A stretch of DNA of 64,000 nt from the NCBI GenBank assembly GCA_034666125.1, contig JAXDML010000002.1, positions 4,613 to 68,612 of the forward strand, in the 5' to 3' direction. Numbering within the stretch: the first letter of the stretch is position 1; each line of letters starts with the position of its first letter. Positions 1 through 9,051 of the stretch are shown in pieces. The notes beneath the pieces are model-generated. The model saw only the letters and a list, made by a program, of their open reading frames with translations, had not been told where the DNA came from and did no database searches. A program made the position numbers and the translations under genes. The stretch comes from Candidatus Parcubacteria bacterium (GTDB lineage Bacteria > Patescibacteriota > Minisyncoccia > Phycocordibacterales > Phycocordibacteraceae).

Positions 1-248
1 TGGTCGATCTTCCCGTCCGGGAGGATCTTGCTCCGGGAGAAATAGTCGATCGCGCCGAGGATGAGCAGACGGACCGTCGGAGAGTGCATATGCTCCTCAA
101 CGTAACGCTTCAGATCGGCGACGGTCCTGATACCCTCCGTCTCGATCCACAGCCTGCGGAGCAGGTCGTAGTCGGTCGAATAGAAATAGGTGTGAGGCAA
201 TCCGCGCGTTCCGCTCGGAAGCCAGTGGGACTGCATGCCCATAGAACG
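1..248 (-). CDS. Hypothetical protein, 5' part only; ATG at 248-246 and the gene continues past the window start
   Basis: Open minus-strand frame reaching the window edge (MGMQSHWLPSGTRGLPHTYFYSTDYDLLRRLWIETEGIRTVADLKRYVEEHMH...). Third-position GC is high like neighbouring genes. No family recognised. Confidence 0.35.
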
Positions 249-305
249 CCTCCTGCGTGTTCGTGTCCGGTTAAAACCTAGCGGGAAACTCGGTCGCTGT
301 CAAAA

Positions 306-647
306 CTACAGATCCTTCCCGTGGTAGAGCTCCGGGGAAAGGGAAGAGGCGTCAACGCCGTCGAGGCAGCGAACGTTCACCATGACTTTCGGGAACGTAA
401 CTCCTTCGGCATACGGCTGCACGCCGCAGACGCGGCAGAAAAGATGCCGGATGGCCTTCTTGTTGAAGAAATATTCCATGAGCATATCTTCGCTCGTATG
501 GAGCGTGAACTTGTCCTTGTCGACCGCCGAAAGGATGAATCCTTTCTTGCTGCAGTGGGAGCAGTCGCATTCGATGACCTTGTCGAGATCGACTTCGGCC
601 TCGAACCTGACCGCGCCGCAGTGGCACCCGCCTTCGTATGTCTTCAT
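306..647 (-). CDS. GFA-family (CENP-V / glutathione-dependent formaldehyde-activating-like) zinc-binding protein
   Basis: 113 aa with the Cys motifs CHCGAV...CDCSHC...CRVCG typical of the GFA fold. Confidence 0.7.
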   Translation of the reverse strand: MKTYEGGCHCGAVRFEAEVDLDKVIECDCSHCSKKGFILSAVDKDKFTLHTSEDMLMEYFFNKKAIRHLFCRVCGVQPYAEGVTFPKVMVNVRCLDGVDASSLSPELYHGKDL

Positions 648-712
648 GCGGACATAGTACTATGAAGCCCGTATAGATTGCCATTTTCCGAAAAAGCTTC
701 TATAACTCCACC

Positions 713-1648
713 ATGGCCTCCATCCTCCAGTCCCTCGGCCGACCGCGCCCGCCCTTCGTCGTGGCGCTCGCCGTTACGCTGCTTTTCGCCGGCGGGCTTA
801 TCGTGGCCGGACGTTCGGGCAGCCTGGACCCTTCCGAGCCTGCGGATACGGCTGTCGCATCGGTGCTGCCGGGCGCCGTCGTCGCGCTTACGAACAAGGA
901 ACGCTCCAGCGACGGCCTCGGAACCCTGAAGGCCAGCGCGCTCCTGAGCAGTGCCGCGCAGCTGAAGGCCAACGACATGGCGGCGAAGAGCTACTACGCC
1001 CACGTGTCGCCGGACGGCACGATACCGCCGCAGTGGCTCAGTAAGGTCGGGTACAGGTTCCAGGCCATGGGCGAGAACCTGGTCGTGGACCGTGAAAGCT
1101 CGGCAGAGGTAGTGTCGGCATGGATGGGTTCTAACGCGCACCGCGAGAACATCCTGAACCCGCAGTTCACGGAGATCGGCATCGGCATCGCGTACGGCAA
1201 CTACAAGGGACGCGACACGACGTACGTCGTGCAGATGCTCGCGCGGCCGCAGCAGGCCGCGGCCGCTCCGAAGGTCGTCGTACAGCCGAAGCCGACGCCG
1301 CCACTGACTCCATCCAAGCCCCTCCTTCCTACGCCGGTACCGACCAAGAGCGCCGCGACCACGTCGGTGCTCGTGCGCCCGCCGACGCCGAAGCCGGTAG
1401 TGAAGGACAAGATCACGCCCATCCTCGACACCGTCGCCTCGACGACGCTCATGGAAGTGCCGAGCATCGTCGCGGACGTGACCATCCTTCCGGCACCGGT
1501 GACCACCCCGTACATGTCCGAGCCGATAGAGTTGAACGTCCAGGCCGTGGCGGAGGCGCCCGCACAGGCGCCGACGCGCTCCCGATTCAGCTCGTTCATG
1601 AGCGAAGTCGGCCGTCAGATAAGCAGCTTCTTCAGTCCGATCTTCTAG
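713..1648 (+). CDS. Secreted or membrane-anchored CAP/SCP (YkwD-like) domain protein with a Pro/Thr-rich C-terminal linker
   Basis: N-terminal hydrophobic segment, then a CAP-domain motif (GSNAHRENILNPQFTEIGIGIAYG), then a PT-rich low-complexity tail. The overlapping 374-aa minus-strand ORF is Arg-rich and rejected. Confidence 0.65.
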   Translation: MASILQSLGRPRPPFVVALAVTLLFAGGLIVAGRSGSLDPSEPADTAVASVLPGAVVALTNKERSSDGLGTLKASALLSSAAQLKANDMAAKSYYAHVSPDGTIPPQWLSKVGYRFQAMGENLVVDRESSAEVVSAWMGSNAHRENILNPQFTEIGIGIAYGNYKGRDTTYVVQMLARPQQAAAAPKVVVQPKPTPPLTPSKPLLPTPVPTKSAATTSVLVRPPTPKPVVKDKITPILDTVASTTLMEVPSIVADVTILPAPVTTPYMSEPIELNVQAVAEAPAQAPTRSRFSSFMSEVGRQISSFFSPIF

Positions 1649-1652
1649 CGAT

Positions 1653-2201
1653 ATGAACCGTATGCAAAACAGCCGCCCTATCATCCTCGGCGTTATCCTG
1701 ATCCTAGCGGTCATAGCCGCCCTGGCTTTCCATATGCATGCGGAGCGTCCAGAGGAGCGCGGTGTCACCGCCCGTGACGTGGTGAGCAGCGACTTTGACC
1801 ATATCTCGATCTTGAAGCTTTACGCGTATGATCCTCGTCTCGATACGGATGCGGACGGGAATATCGTCTGTAGCGAGAAGGGTCTCGTAGCCGTTGAACG
1901 TAAAATTCCGGGACCGGATGCGACGCCTCTCATAATGCTCGACCTCCTTTTCAAGGGCTCGCTTACGGAAGAGGAGCGTGCACTCGGCCTTACGACCGAG
2001 TTCCCGCTTGAAGGAGTAGAGCTTGATACGGTCACATCCGACGACGGGATCATGACCATCGGTATCCGCGATCCGAACCACAAGCTTTCCGGAGGAGCAT
2101 GCCGTATCAGCATCCTCCGCGCGCAGATAGAGGCTACGGCAAAGCAGTTCCAAGGAGTCTTGGAAGTACGCTTCGCGCCCGAGGGAATACTCGAACCATA
2201 A
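1653..2201 (+). CDS. GerMN-domain protein with an N-terminal TM anchor
   Basis: 182 aa, N-terminal TM helix, sequence pattern resembling GerMN (spore-germination-like) domains. 4-nt gap from the upstream gene. Confidence 0.5.
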   Translation: MNRMQNSRPIILGVILILAVIAALAFHMHAERPEERGVTARDVVSSDFDHISILKLYAYDPRLDTDADGNIVCSEKGLVAVERKIPGPDATPLIMLDLLFKGSLTEEERALGLTTEFPLEGVELDTVTSDDGIMTIGIRDPNHKLSGGACRISILRAQIEATAKQFQGVLEVRFAPEGILEP

Positions 2202-2662
2202 TGACGAAACAAAGCGCAGGGATCCTTTTATACAGGAAAGCAGGCGAGGGAATCGAGGTATTCGTCGCGCACCCGGGCGGGCCGTTCTTCGCGAAGAAGG
2301 ACGAGGGAGTGTGGTCCGTCCCGAAAGGCGAGTACGAGGACGATGAGGAGCCGCTTGCCGCGGCGCTCCGGGAATTCGAGGAAGAGATAGGGCAGAAGTC
2401 CCCCAGGGAAGGGTTCGAGCTGACTTCGGTACGGCGAAAGGACGGTAAGGTCGTGCGTGCGTGGGCGATCGAAGGCGATGCGGACCCGGCGGCCGTACAG
2501 AGCAACGAGTTCGAGATGGAATGGCCGCCGCGCACGGGCAGGAAGCAGTCGTTCCCGGAGATCGATCGCGCGGATTGGTTCACGCCCGAAGAAGCCAAGA
2601 AAAAGCTCTATCCGTACCAAGCGTCGCTCGTAGACGAACTCCTGGAGCGCCTCGGTCTATAG
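2201..2662 (+). CDS. NUDIX hydrolase
   Basis: Nudix box GEYEDDEEPLAAALREFEEEIG. Start moved to the ATG at 2201, which overlaps the upstream stop (TAATG); the ORF-track start at 2099 is rejected. Confidence 0.75.
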   Translation: MTKQSAGILLYRKAGEGIEVFVAHPGGPFFAKKDEGVWSVPKGEYEDDEEPLAAALREFEEEIGQKSPREGFELTSVRRKDGKVVRAWAIEGDADPAAVQSNEFEMEWPPRTGRKQSFPEIDRADWFTPEEAKKKLYPYQASLVDELLERLGL

Positions 2663-3424
2663 CACGAAGGCGAAGAATACCAGCGCGAGGAGGATGCGGT
2701 AGATACCGAACGGGATGAACGTGCGGGTCTTCACGAAATTCAGGAGGAAACGCAGCGAGAGCATGGCGACGACGAAGGCCGTCGCTATCCCGACCGCCAT
2801 GATACCGATGTCGCCCGTCTCGAATGTCGAGTAGGTTTTCAACAGGTCATACCCGGTCGCGGCGAGCATCGTCGGCACGGCGAGGAGGAACGAGAATTCC
2901 ACGATGGCGGCGCGGCGCATGCCGAGCAGGAGTCCGCCCACGATCGTCGCGCCCGAGCGAGATACGCCGGGAATGACCGCGATGGACTGGAAGAGGCCGA
3001 TGGTAAAGGCCTGGCGGTACGAGATGGCGCGCAGCGAGTCCGTTCCGTCAGCGCGCTCGGTATGGAAGTATTCGAATACGATGAGGAGGATGCCGCCTAC
3101 AAGAAGCGCGATGACGACCGTAAGCTCGCTGCCCAACAGGAATCCTTTGATCAGCTTATACAGGACGAAACCGATGATGGCCGTAGGAATAAAGGCCGTG
3201 AGAAGCCGCTTCAACACTTCGAGGTCGAGGAACGAGCGCCAGAAGGACACGATGACGGCGGCGATAGCACCGAGCTGGATGGCGATGAGGAAACTCGTCG
3301 TGAACGGGCTCTCGACGACGCCGAGAAGGTGCTGCGCGAGGATGAGATGCCCGGTCGAGGAGACGGGAAGGAATTCAGTCGCGCCTTCAAGGAGCCCGAG
3401 GAGGACGGCATCAAGAAAACCCAT
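2657..3424 (-). CDS. uppP: Undecaprenyl-diphosphatase (BacA/UppP)
   Basis: 255 aa polytopic membrane protein with N-terminal ...EFLPVSSTGHLIL... and the later GVSRSGATI motif characteristic of UppP. Confidence 0.85.
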   Translation of the reverse strand: MGFLDAVLLGLLEGATEFLPVSSTGHLILAQHLLGVVESPFTTSFLIAIQLGAIAAVIVSFWRSFLDLEVLKRLLTAFIPTAIIGFVLYKLIKGFLLGSELTVVIALLVGGILLIVFEYFHTERADGTDSLRAISYRQAFTIGLFQSIAVIPGVSRSGATIVGGLLLGMRRAAIVEFSFLLAVPTMLAATGYDLLKTYSTFETGDIGIMAVGIATAFVVAMLSLRFLLNFVKTRTFIPFGIYRILLALVFFAFVL

Positions 3425-3478
3425 CCCGTGATTGTACCGTATGGTGCCCTTCGGACGTGTTACCGTACGGACACATTC

Positions 3479-4213
3479 ATGGAACGCGATTGGAAGGAAT
3501 TACTCGACAGCAGGCTGGACACCTTCTGGGGGTATGGGAATCTGGACGGGAAGCACTGGTTCGTGGGGATGGAGGAAGGCCACGATCTGGATATGGAAAG
3601 CCTGAAAGGCAGACTGAAGGATACACAGGGGAAAAGCATCGTGGACATCGTGGAAGGGAACCCGTCCTTCGTCAAGAAGCTCAGGTGGTTCGTACCGCCC
3701 GCCCCACCGATCCAGAGGACGTATAAGGGGTACATAGCGATACAACTCTTCCTGGAACTCGGGAGAATGCCGACTACGATAGAAATACGCGAATATCAGC
3801 TCACCAGGCTCGGCCGCACGTACGTAGATGGCTTGCCGAACGATCATGCCATCTTGGAACTCATGCCCCTGCCCGCTCCTTCCCTTGCGGAAAGGCATTG
3901 GCCCTATGGGAATCTCGGTATAGCCGGTCTCGAGAACCGGAAAAAGTATCTGGCGACATACAAGCCGGTCCAATGCGAAAAGCTCAAGGCCATGATCGAG
4001 GACTATAAGCCGGCACTGGTGGTCTTCTATTCCCTGACCTATCTCGGGGACTGGCAGCGCATCGTTCCTGGAAAGTTAGAAGAGGTCGCCGATCGCCAAT
4101 TCGTATATGAAGATGCGGGTACGATATATTGCGTACTGCCGCATCCGGTTTCCCGAAATATACGGAACGCCGACTGGGAGACTTGGGGAAAGGAACTGCT
4201 CCGGAGGCTCTAA
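3479..4213 (+). CDS. Hypothetical protein (244 aa)
   Basis: Start reassigned to the ATG at 3479 (MERDWKELL...). The upstream part of ORF 3062-4213 lies antisense to uppP and is rejected. No recognisable domain; GC is moderately lower than neighbours. Confidence 0.4.
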   Translation: MERDWKELLDSRLDTFWGYGNLDGKHWFVGMEEGHDLDMESLKGRLKDTQGKSIVDIVEGNPSFVKKLRWFVPPAPPIQRTYKGYIAIQLFLELGRMPTTIEIREYQLTRLGRTYVDGLPNDHAILELMPLPAPSLAERHWPYGNLGIAGLENRKKYLATYKPVQCEKLKAMIEDYKPALVVFYSLTYLGDWQRIVPGKLEEVADRQFVYEDAGTIYCVLPHPVSRNIRNADWETWGKELLRRL

Positions 4214-4234
4214 TCGTCTTGCTACAATACCTCC

Positions 4235-6937
4235 GTGACTCAACTTTGGCATACGCTCGCGAGCGGCGAGGTGCTTCGCGCGCTCGAAACGACCGAACAG
4301 GGGCTTTCGAAGGGCGAGGCGGCACGGCGCCTCGCCGTGTACGGGGAGAACCGCCTGCCTGAGGCGAAGACCGAAGGGTACCCGACCATCTTCCTGCGGC
4401 AGTTCGCGAGTCCTCTCGTCTATCTTCTCTTCGTAGCGGCGGTCATCGTATACCTTACGGGCGGCCGCGGGGACGCGCTTATCATCCTTTTCGTTCTCGT
4501 ATTCAACAGCATCGTCGGCACGATCCAGGAGGGGCGGGCACAGAACGCGCTGCGGGCCCTCAAGCGCTTCGCCGAGACGAATGCCACGGTCGTACGCGAC
4601 GGGCAGGAGCTCATCGTGCGCGATGCCGAGATCGTGCCCGGGGACGTCATCATCCTCGCGGAAGGGGCAAAGGTGCCGGCCGACGCACGCGTCATCATGT
4701 CACGGACGCTCCGCGCGGACGAGGCGTCGCTTACGGGCGAATCGGAACCCGTGACCAAGCGGACGGAGCCGGTGCGCGGGGAGCGAGCATCGCTCGGCGA
4801 CCGGATCAGCATGGTGTTCAAGGGCACGAACGTGACCAGCGGTTCTGGACGCGCGGTGATCGTGGCGACCGGCATCGACACCGAGATCGGGAAGATCGCC
4901 CAGAAGCTCAGCGGCATCGACACGGAGATGCCCCTCAAGGAGAACGTCAAGAACCTGTCGCGCGCGATCATGTATGTCGTCGGGATAGGCGGCGCATTGC
5001 TGTTCCTCGTGGGGCTCGCCTTCGGCAACGCGCCCGCGACAATGTTCTCGATCGTGATATCCCTCGCGGTGTCGGTCATCCCGGAAGGACTGCCCATCGT
5101 CATGACCCTCGTGCTCGCTACGGGCGTATATCGCATGGGAAAGCGGAACGTGCTCGTGAAGAAGCTCCAGGCAGTGGAGGCGCTCGGCCAGGCGCGCATC
5201 ATCGCGGTCGATAAGACGGGAACGATCACGAAGAACGAGCTCATGGTCGAACGCGTGTGGACGCCGGAAGCGCTGTTCTCGGTCTCCGGGGCTGGATACG
5301 AGCCCGTAGGAGCGTTCACGCTCGACGGGAGCGTCGTTGACGCGGCGAACCATCCGGAGCTTCTTTTTGCCGGCAAGCTCGCCGCGTACTCCGCGAGCGC
5401 GCAAACGATGTACTCGAGCGAGGAGAAGCGCTGGCGGATATCGGGGGATCCGACGGAGGCGGCGCTCCTAGTCTTCGGAGAGAAGACCGGTTTTACGAAG
5501 GCCGAGCTCGAGCACGAGTCGGCGCTCCTCTCCGAGATGCCGTTCGACTACCGCCTCAAATACCGCGCGACCCTGCACCGGGACGGCGACAAGAACATTG
5601 CTACCGTCACCGGCGCGCCGGAAAGCGTACTGGCGCTTTGTGACAGCATCCGCGTCAACGGGAAGGACGTGTCGTTCCATAAGGACTGGCGGCACAACGC
5701 GGAAGCCGCGATACAAGGGCTTTCAAAAGAAGGGCTTCGCGTGATCGCGTACGCCACGAAGCGCACGGAGCACAAGGAACTCGAGGAACGCATGCTCGAC
5801 CGCCTCAGCCTCGGCGGCCTGTATGCGATGCGCGATGCGCTGCGCCCCGAGGCCAGGGACGCGGTCGCGCGCGCGGAAGCAGCCGGCATCAGGGTTGTCA
5901 TGATCACGGGCGACCATAAGCTGACGGGCGCGGCCCTGGCGAGGGACGTAGGCATATTGAGGGAAGGTGACGAGGTACTGACCGGAGAGGATATCGAGAA
6001 GATGAATGACGTCGAGCTTGCTCATGCGCTCGAGCGCGCGACGGTCTTCGCTCGGGTCACTCCCGATCACAAGCTCCGTATCATTAACGCCTACCGTAAG
6101 AGGGGGGACATAACGGCGATGACCGGGGACGGCGTGAACGACGCGCCCTCGCTCGTCGCTGCGGACCTGGGGGTCGCGATGGGGGGGATAGGCACGGAAG
6201 TAGCGAAGGAGGCGGCCGATATCCTGCTCATGGACGATAACTTCGGAAGCATCGTGACCGCGGTCGAGGAGGGACGCAGCATCTACAAGACCATCAAGAA
6301 GGTCGTCCTGCACCTCTTCTCGACGTCGGTCGGCAAGGCGTTCACCATCATCGCCGCGATCTTCATCGGCTTCCCGCTGCCGCTGCTCGCCGTCCAGATC
6401 ATCTGGCTCAATTTCGTTACGGACACATTCCTCGACGTATCGCTCGCGATGGAGCCGAAGGAGAAAGGCCTGCTTTCCGAGAGCTTCAGGGGAACCGGGC
6501 GGTATATCATCGACCGGCTCATGGTCGTGCGGATGCTCTTCATGACCGCGCCGATGGTCGTGGGCACGCTCTGGGTCTTCTCGACCGCCATCGGCCCCGA
6601 CCTGACGAAGGCGGGGACGCTCGCCATGACGACGCTCGCGGTCTCCCAGTGGTTCAACGCATGGAACTGCCGCTCGGAGACGGAGTCCCTCTTCCGGATG
6701 AACCCATTCGGGAACGTGTACCTCATCGCCGCGACATGCGTCGTCGCGCTGCTCCAGGTGCTCGCGCTCACGGTGCCGTTCCTACAGAGCATGCTGCATA
6801 CGATGCCGCTCTCGCTTTCCGAGTGGCTCCTCTGCATCGGGGTCGCGACCAGCGTCATCTTTACGGAGGAGATACGGAAGTTCTTCCATCGCCGGATGCT
6901 CCAAAATCGCGTGCAGGTATCGCCCATAACGGCTTAA
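4235..6937 (+). CDS. P-type cation-transporting ATPase (P2-type, Ca2+/Mg2+-ATPase-like)
   Basis: 900 aa with the DKTGTIT phosphorylation motif and the TGDGVNDAPSL hinge motif; about 10 TM segments. Confidence 0.9.
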   Translation: MTQLWHTLASGEVLRALETTEQGLSKGEAARRLAVYGENRLPEAKTEGYPTIFLRQFASPLVYLLFVAAVIVYLTGGRGDALIILFVLVFNSIVGTIQEGRAQNALRALKRFAETNATVVRDGQELIVRDAEIVPGDVIILAEGAKVPADARVIMSRTLRADEASLTGESEPVTKRTEPVRGERASLGDRISMVFKGTNVTSGSGRAVIVATGIDTEIGKIAQKLSGIDTEMPLKENVKNLSRAIMYVVGIGGALLFLVGLAFGNAPATMFSIVISLAVSVIPEGLPIVMTLVLATGVYRMGKRNVLVKKLQAVEALGQARIIAVDKTGTITKNELMVERVWTPEALFSVSGAGYEPVGAFTLDGSVVDAANHPELLFAGKLAAYSASAQTMYSSEEKRWRISGDPTEAALLVFGEKTGFTKAELEHESALLSEMPFDYRLKYRATLHRDGDKNIATVTGAPESVLALCDSIRVNGKDVSFHKDWRHNAEAAIQGLSKEGLRVIAYATKRTEHKELEERMLDRLSLGGLYAMRDALRPEARDAVARAEAAGIRVVMITGDHKLTGAALARDVGILREGDEVLTGEDIEKMNDVELAHALERATVFARVTPDHKLRIINAYRKRGDITAMTGDGVNDAPSLVAADLGVAMGGIGTEVAKEAADILLMDDNFGSIVTAVEEGRSIYKTIKKVVLHLFSTSVGKAFTIIAAIFIGFPLPLLAVQIIWLNFVTDTFLDVSLAMEPKEKGLLSESFRGTGRYIIDRLMVVRMLFMTAPMVVGTLWVFSTAIGPDLTKAGTLAMTTLAVSQWFNAWNCRSETESLFRMNPFGNVYLIAATCVVALLQVLALTVPFLQSMLHTMPLSLSEWLLCIGVATSVIFTEEIRKFFHRRMLQNRVQVSPITA

Positions 6938-7152
6938 TCGTACGTTCACCGAGGGTCCGTCATACTTCCTCTCGGAACGCCGATACGGGCTACGCACTCG
7001 ATGCACAGCGAATCCAAGCGAATAACGCTTCTCCACTTTTAACCCCGCATTCCGGCACCCTGTCCTTTGACTTGGGAGGTAACGCAGCGCACCAACGCGC
7101 GGCCGCTTCCTCCCGCCCCGGGTACCGCGTATTGCGGACCCGCACTACTAGC

Positions 7153-7185
7153 AAAGGCCCGGCCGCTTTACGCGGCCGGGCCTTT
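7153..7185. terminator. Bidirectional intrinsic terminator between the convergent ATPase and response-regulator genes
   Basis: Perfect 11-bp GC-rich stem (GGCCCGGCCGC / GCGGCCGGGCC) with a 5-nt loop, flanked by AAA on the 5' side and TTT on the 3' side. Confidence 0.6.
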
Positions 7186-7196
7186 GCGCTTCTTAG

Positions 7197-7874
7197 TTAA
7201 TACGCTGCAAGGTCGAGCTTGTACCCGCGCCCGGGCACGGTATGTATGAGGTTCTTATTCCCGGGCAGGTTCAGCTTCTTACGGAGCCCGCGGATATGCG
7301 ACTCGATGGTATTCGAGAACGGGTCGCTCACCATATCCCAGACGTGTTCCATGATCATGCCGCGTGAGAGCACGGTTCCCTGGTGGCGCATCAGGTACGC
7401 AAGGAGCATGAATTCCTTTCGGGTGAGGTATACGCCGCGTTCGCCCCGCTTCACGTTCTGCTGCTTCACGTCGACCGTGAGATCGTCGACGGTCATGATG
7501 TCCCCGACGAGGTTCGACGGCCGCCGCAGGAGCGCCCGCACGCGGGCCATGAGCTCGTCGAACGAGTACGGCTTTATGAGATAGTCGTCGGCGCCGGCGT
7601 TCAGGAGCTGCACCTTCTGCCAGCTATCGTTCAGGACGGAAAGCATGAGGATGGGAACGGTGCGCCCGGTACGGCGTATCTCCGTGCAGACCGTGGTGCC
7701 GGCCTTCTCGGGGAGCATATTGTCGAGTATGACGATGTCGTAGTCGTTCGTGCGCGCCATGTACGAGCCCTCGGTCCCGTCGGCGGCCGTATCGACCGCA
7801 AAGCACTGAGTGCGCAGGTTATCGGCCAGCATCTCCCGCAGCGCATCCTCGTCCTCCACTACCAGTGCTCTCAT
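7197..7874 (-). CDS. OmpR/PhoB-family response regulator (receiver plus winged-helix), no adjacent kinase
   Basis: N-terminal receiver (MRALVVEDEDALREML..) and C-terminal trans_reg_C-like wHTH (LTRKEFMLLAYLMRHQGTVLSRGMIMEHVWD). No histidine kinase within several kb on either side. Confidence 0.85.
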   Translation of the reverse strand: MRALVVEDEDALREMLADNLRTQCFAVDTAADGTEGSYMARTNDYDIVILDNMLPEKAGTTVCTEIRRTGRTVPILMLSVLNDSWQKVQLLNAGADDYLIKPYSFDELMARVRALLRRPSNLVGDIMTVDDLTVDVKQQNVKRGERGVYLTRKEFMLLAYLMRHQGTVLSRGMIMEHVWDMVSDPFSNTIESHIRGLRKKLNLPGNKNLIHTVPGRGYKLDLAAY

Positions 7875-8119
7875 ATATTCGTTTCGGTTAAACCTGTATT
7901 ACCTCATTCTAAAGAGGAGACAGAGCCAGTCGTCGTTCACCTGAACCGAATCGGGGATAAATATCGTCTCGCCAAGAACTCTCGTGAAAACAACACGTAT
8001 TTGCTAACCCAAACCTTAAGAAAAGCTGCAGAAGAATATCAAGAATAAAAAGAAAAGACCGCGGCGCCGACGGAGAAGGCGCGTTGGTCTTCTCACGGTC
8101 GGGCCGCGGTCGTAATTGG

Positions 8120-8404
8120 TCAGCCGGCCGCTTGGCGCGCCGGGGTCCGGTCGGTTTCGTAGAGCACGATCCCGAGCATCGAGCCGACGATCATGCTGAG
8201 GCCTCCGACGACCTCCAGCATCAAGCCGAGACTCTCGAGGCTATCGATGCCGAGCACGCGCCCGACCCCGAACATCGCGAGGCCGATCAGCATGATGCAG
8301 GAACTGCAGATCGCCGCCAGCGCTTCGCTGGGGGAGAACCCGTACGCTATCAAGATCTTCCGCATCTTCTCCTCCTCAATCGCGGTGTGAGATATTGATA
8401 ACAT
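8120..8404 (-). CDS. Small two-TM membrane protein, divergent from lexA
   Basis: 94 aa (alternative start at 8365, MRKIL...). Two hydrophobic helices. Shares its upstream region with lexA. Confidence 0.45.
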   Translation of the reverse strand: MLSISHTAIEEEKMRKILIAYGFSPSEALAAICSSCIMLIGLAMFGVGRVLGIDSLESLGLMLEVVGGLSMIVGSMLGIVLYETDRTPARQAAG

Positions 8405-8446
8405 ACATAGCAGGTTTTGTCAAAGAACGTATCCTACAGCATGTAT

Positions 8447-8460
8447 TATTGGCTATCGAA
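8447..8460. promoter_or_regulatory. Cheo-box-like LexA operator (CGAACAGTTGTTCG)
   Basis: Perfect palindrome matching the Gram-positive-type SOS box CGAAC-N4-GTTCG. It lies in the divergent intergenic region just upstream of the reassigned lexA start. Confidence 0.55.
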
Positions 8461-8478
8461 CAGTTGTTCGAGTATGCT

Positions 8479-9051
8479 ATGGGTATGCAGGACGGACACG
8501 CGGAGAAGGTGCGGAAGTTCTATCGGCGGCACAAGCGGATGCCTTCGATCACCGAGCTCATGGGCATATTCAAGCTCGCCTCACGGAGCTCGGCGTTCTA
8601 TGTGGCGAACAAGCTCGTGGAAGCGGGCGTGCTCGAGAAGGACCGGACGGGAAAGCTCGTGCCGGGAAGCGCTTTCCATGCGGTGCCGGTCGTGGGTCAT
8701 GTCCGCGCGGGCTTCGCCGCGCCCGCAGAGGAGGAGCTCGCGGACACCATCAGCATCGGGGAGTATCTGCTGCGGCGCCCCGAGGCGAGTTACCTCCTTA
8801 CGGTCGAAGGGGACTCCATGCAGGACGCGGGCATTCATCACAAGGACATGGTGGTATTCGAGCGGACGCAGGAGTATAAGGTCGGAGACATCGTGGTCGC
8901 GCTCACCCAGGACGGCTACACGCTCAAGTATCTGCGCAAGAAACAGGGGACGTATTATCTCGAAGCGGCGAACGAGGACTTCCCGGATATCCATCCGCAG
9001 GAAGGAGAGATCGTCGGCGTCGTGACCGCCACGTTCAGGAAGTATGGATAG
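8479..9051 (+). CDS. lexA: LexA repressor (S24 peptidase)
   Basis: N-terminal wHTH plus C-terminal S24 domain with VEGDSM (Ser nucleophile) and a downstream Lys. Start placed at the ATG at 8479 so the operator is not inside the CDS. Confidence 0.85.
   Translation: MGMQDGHAEKVRKFYRRHKRMPSITELMGIFKLASRSSAFYVANKLVEAGVLEKDRTGKLVPGSAFHAVPVVGHVRAGFAAPAEEELADTISIGEYLLRRPEASYLLTVEGDSMQDAGIHHKDMVVFERTQEYKVGDIVVALTQDGYTLKYLRKKQGTYYLEAANEDFPDIHPQEGEIVGVVTATFRKYG

Noticed and set aside
644-1768. 374-aa minus-strand ORF overlapping the CAP/SCP gene
   Set aside because: Extremely Arg-rich (RRRGRGALGRYRRRKEGLG...), no motifs, antisense to a motif-supported gene. This is the typical spurious long ORF of high-GC DNA.
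3062-3478. N-terminal 139 codons of ORF 3062-4213
   Set aside because: This part lies antisense within uppP and is acidic low complexity. The start was moved to the internal ATG at 3479.
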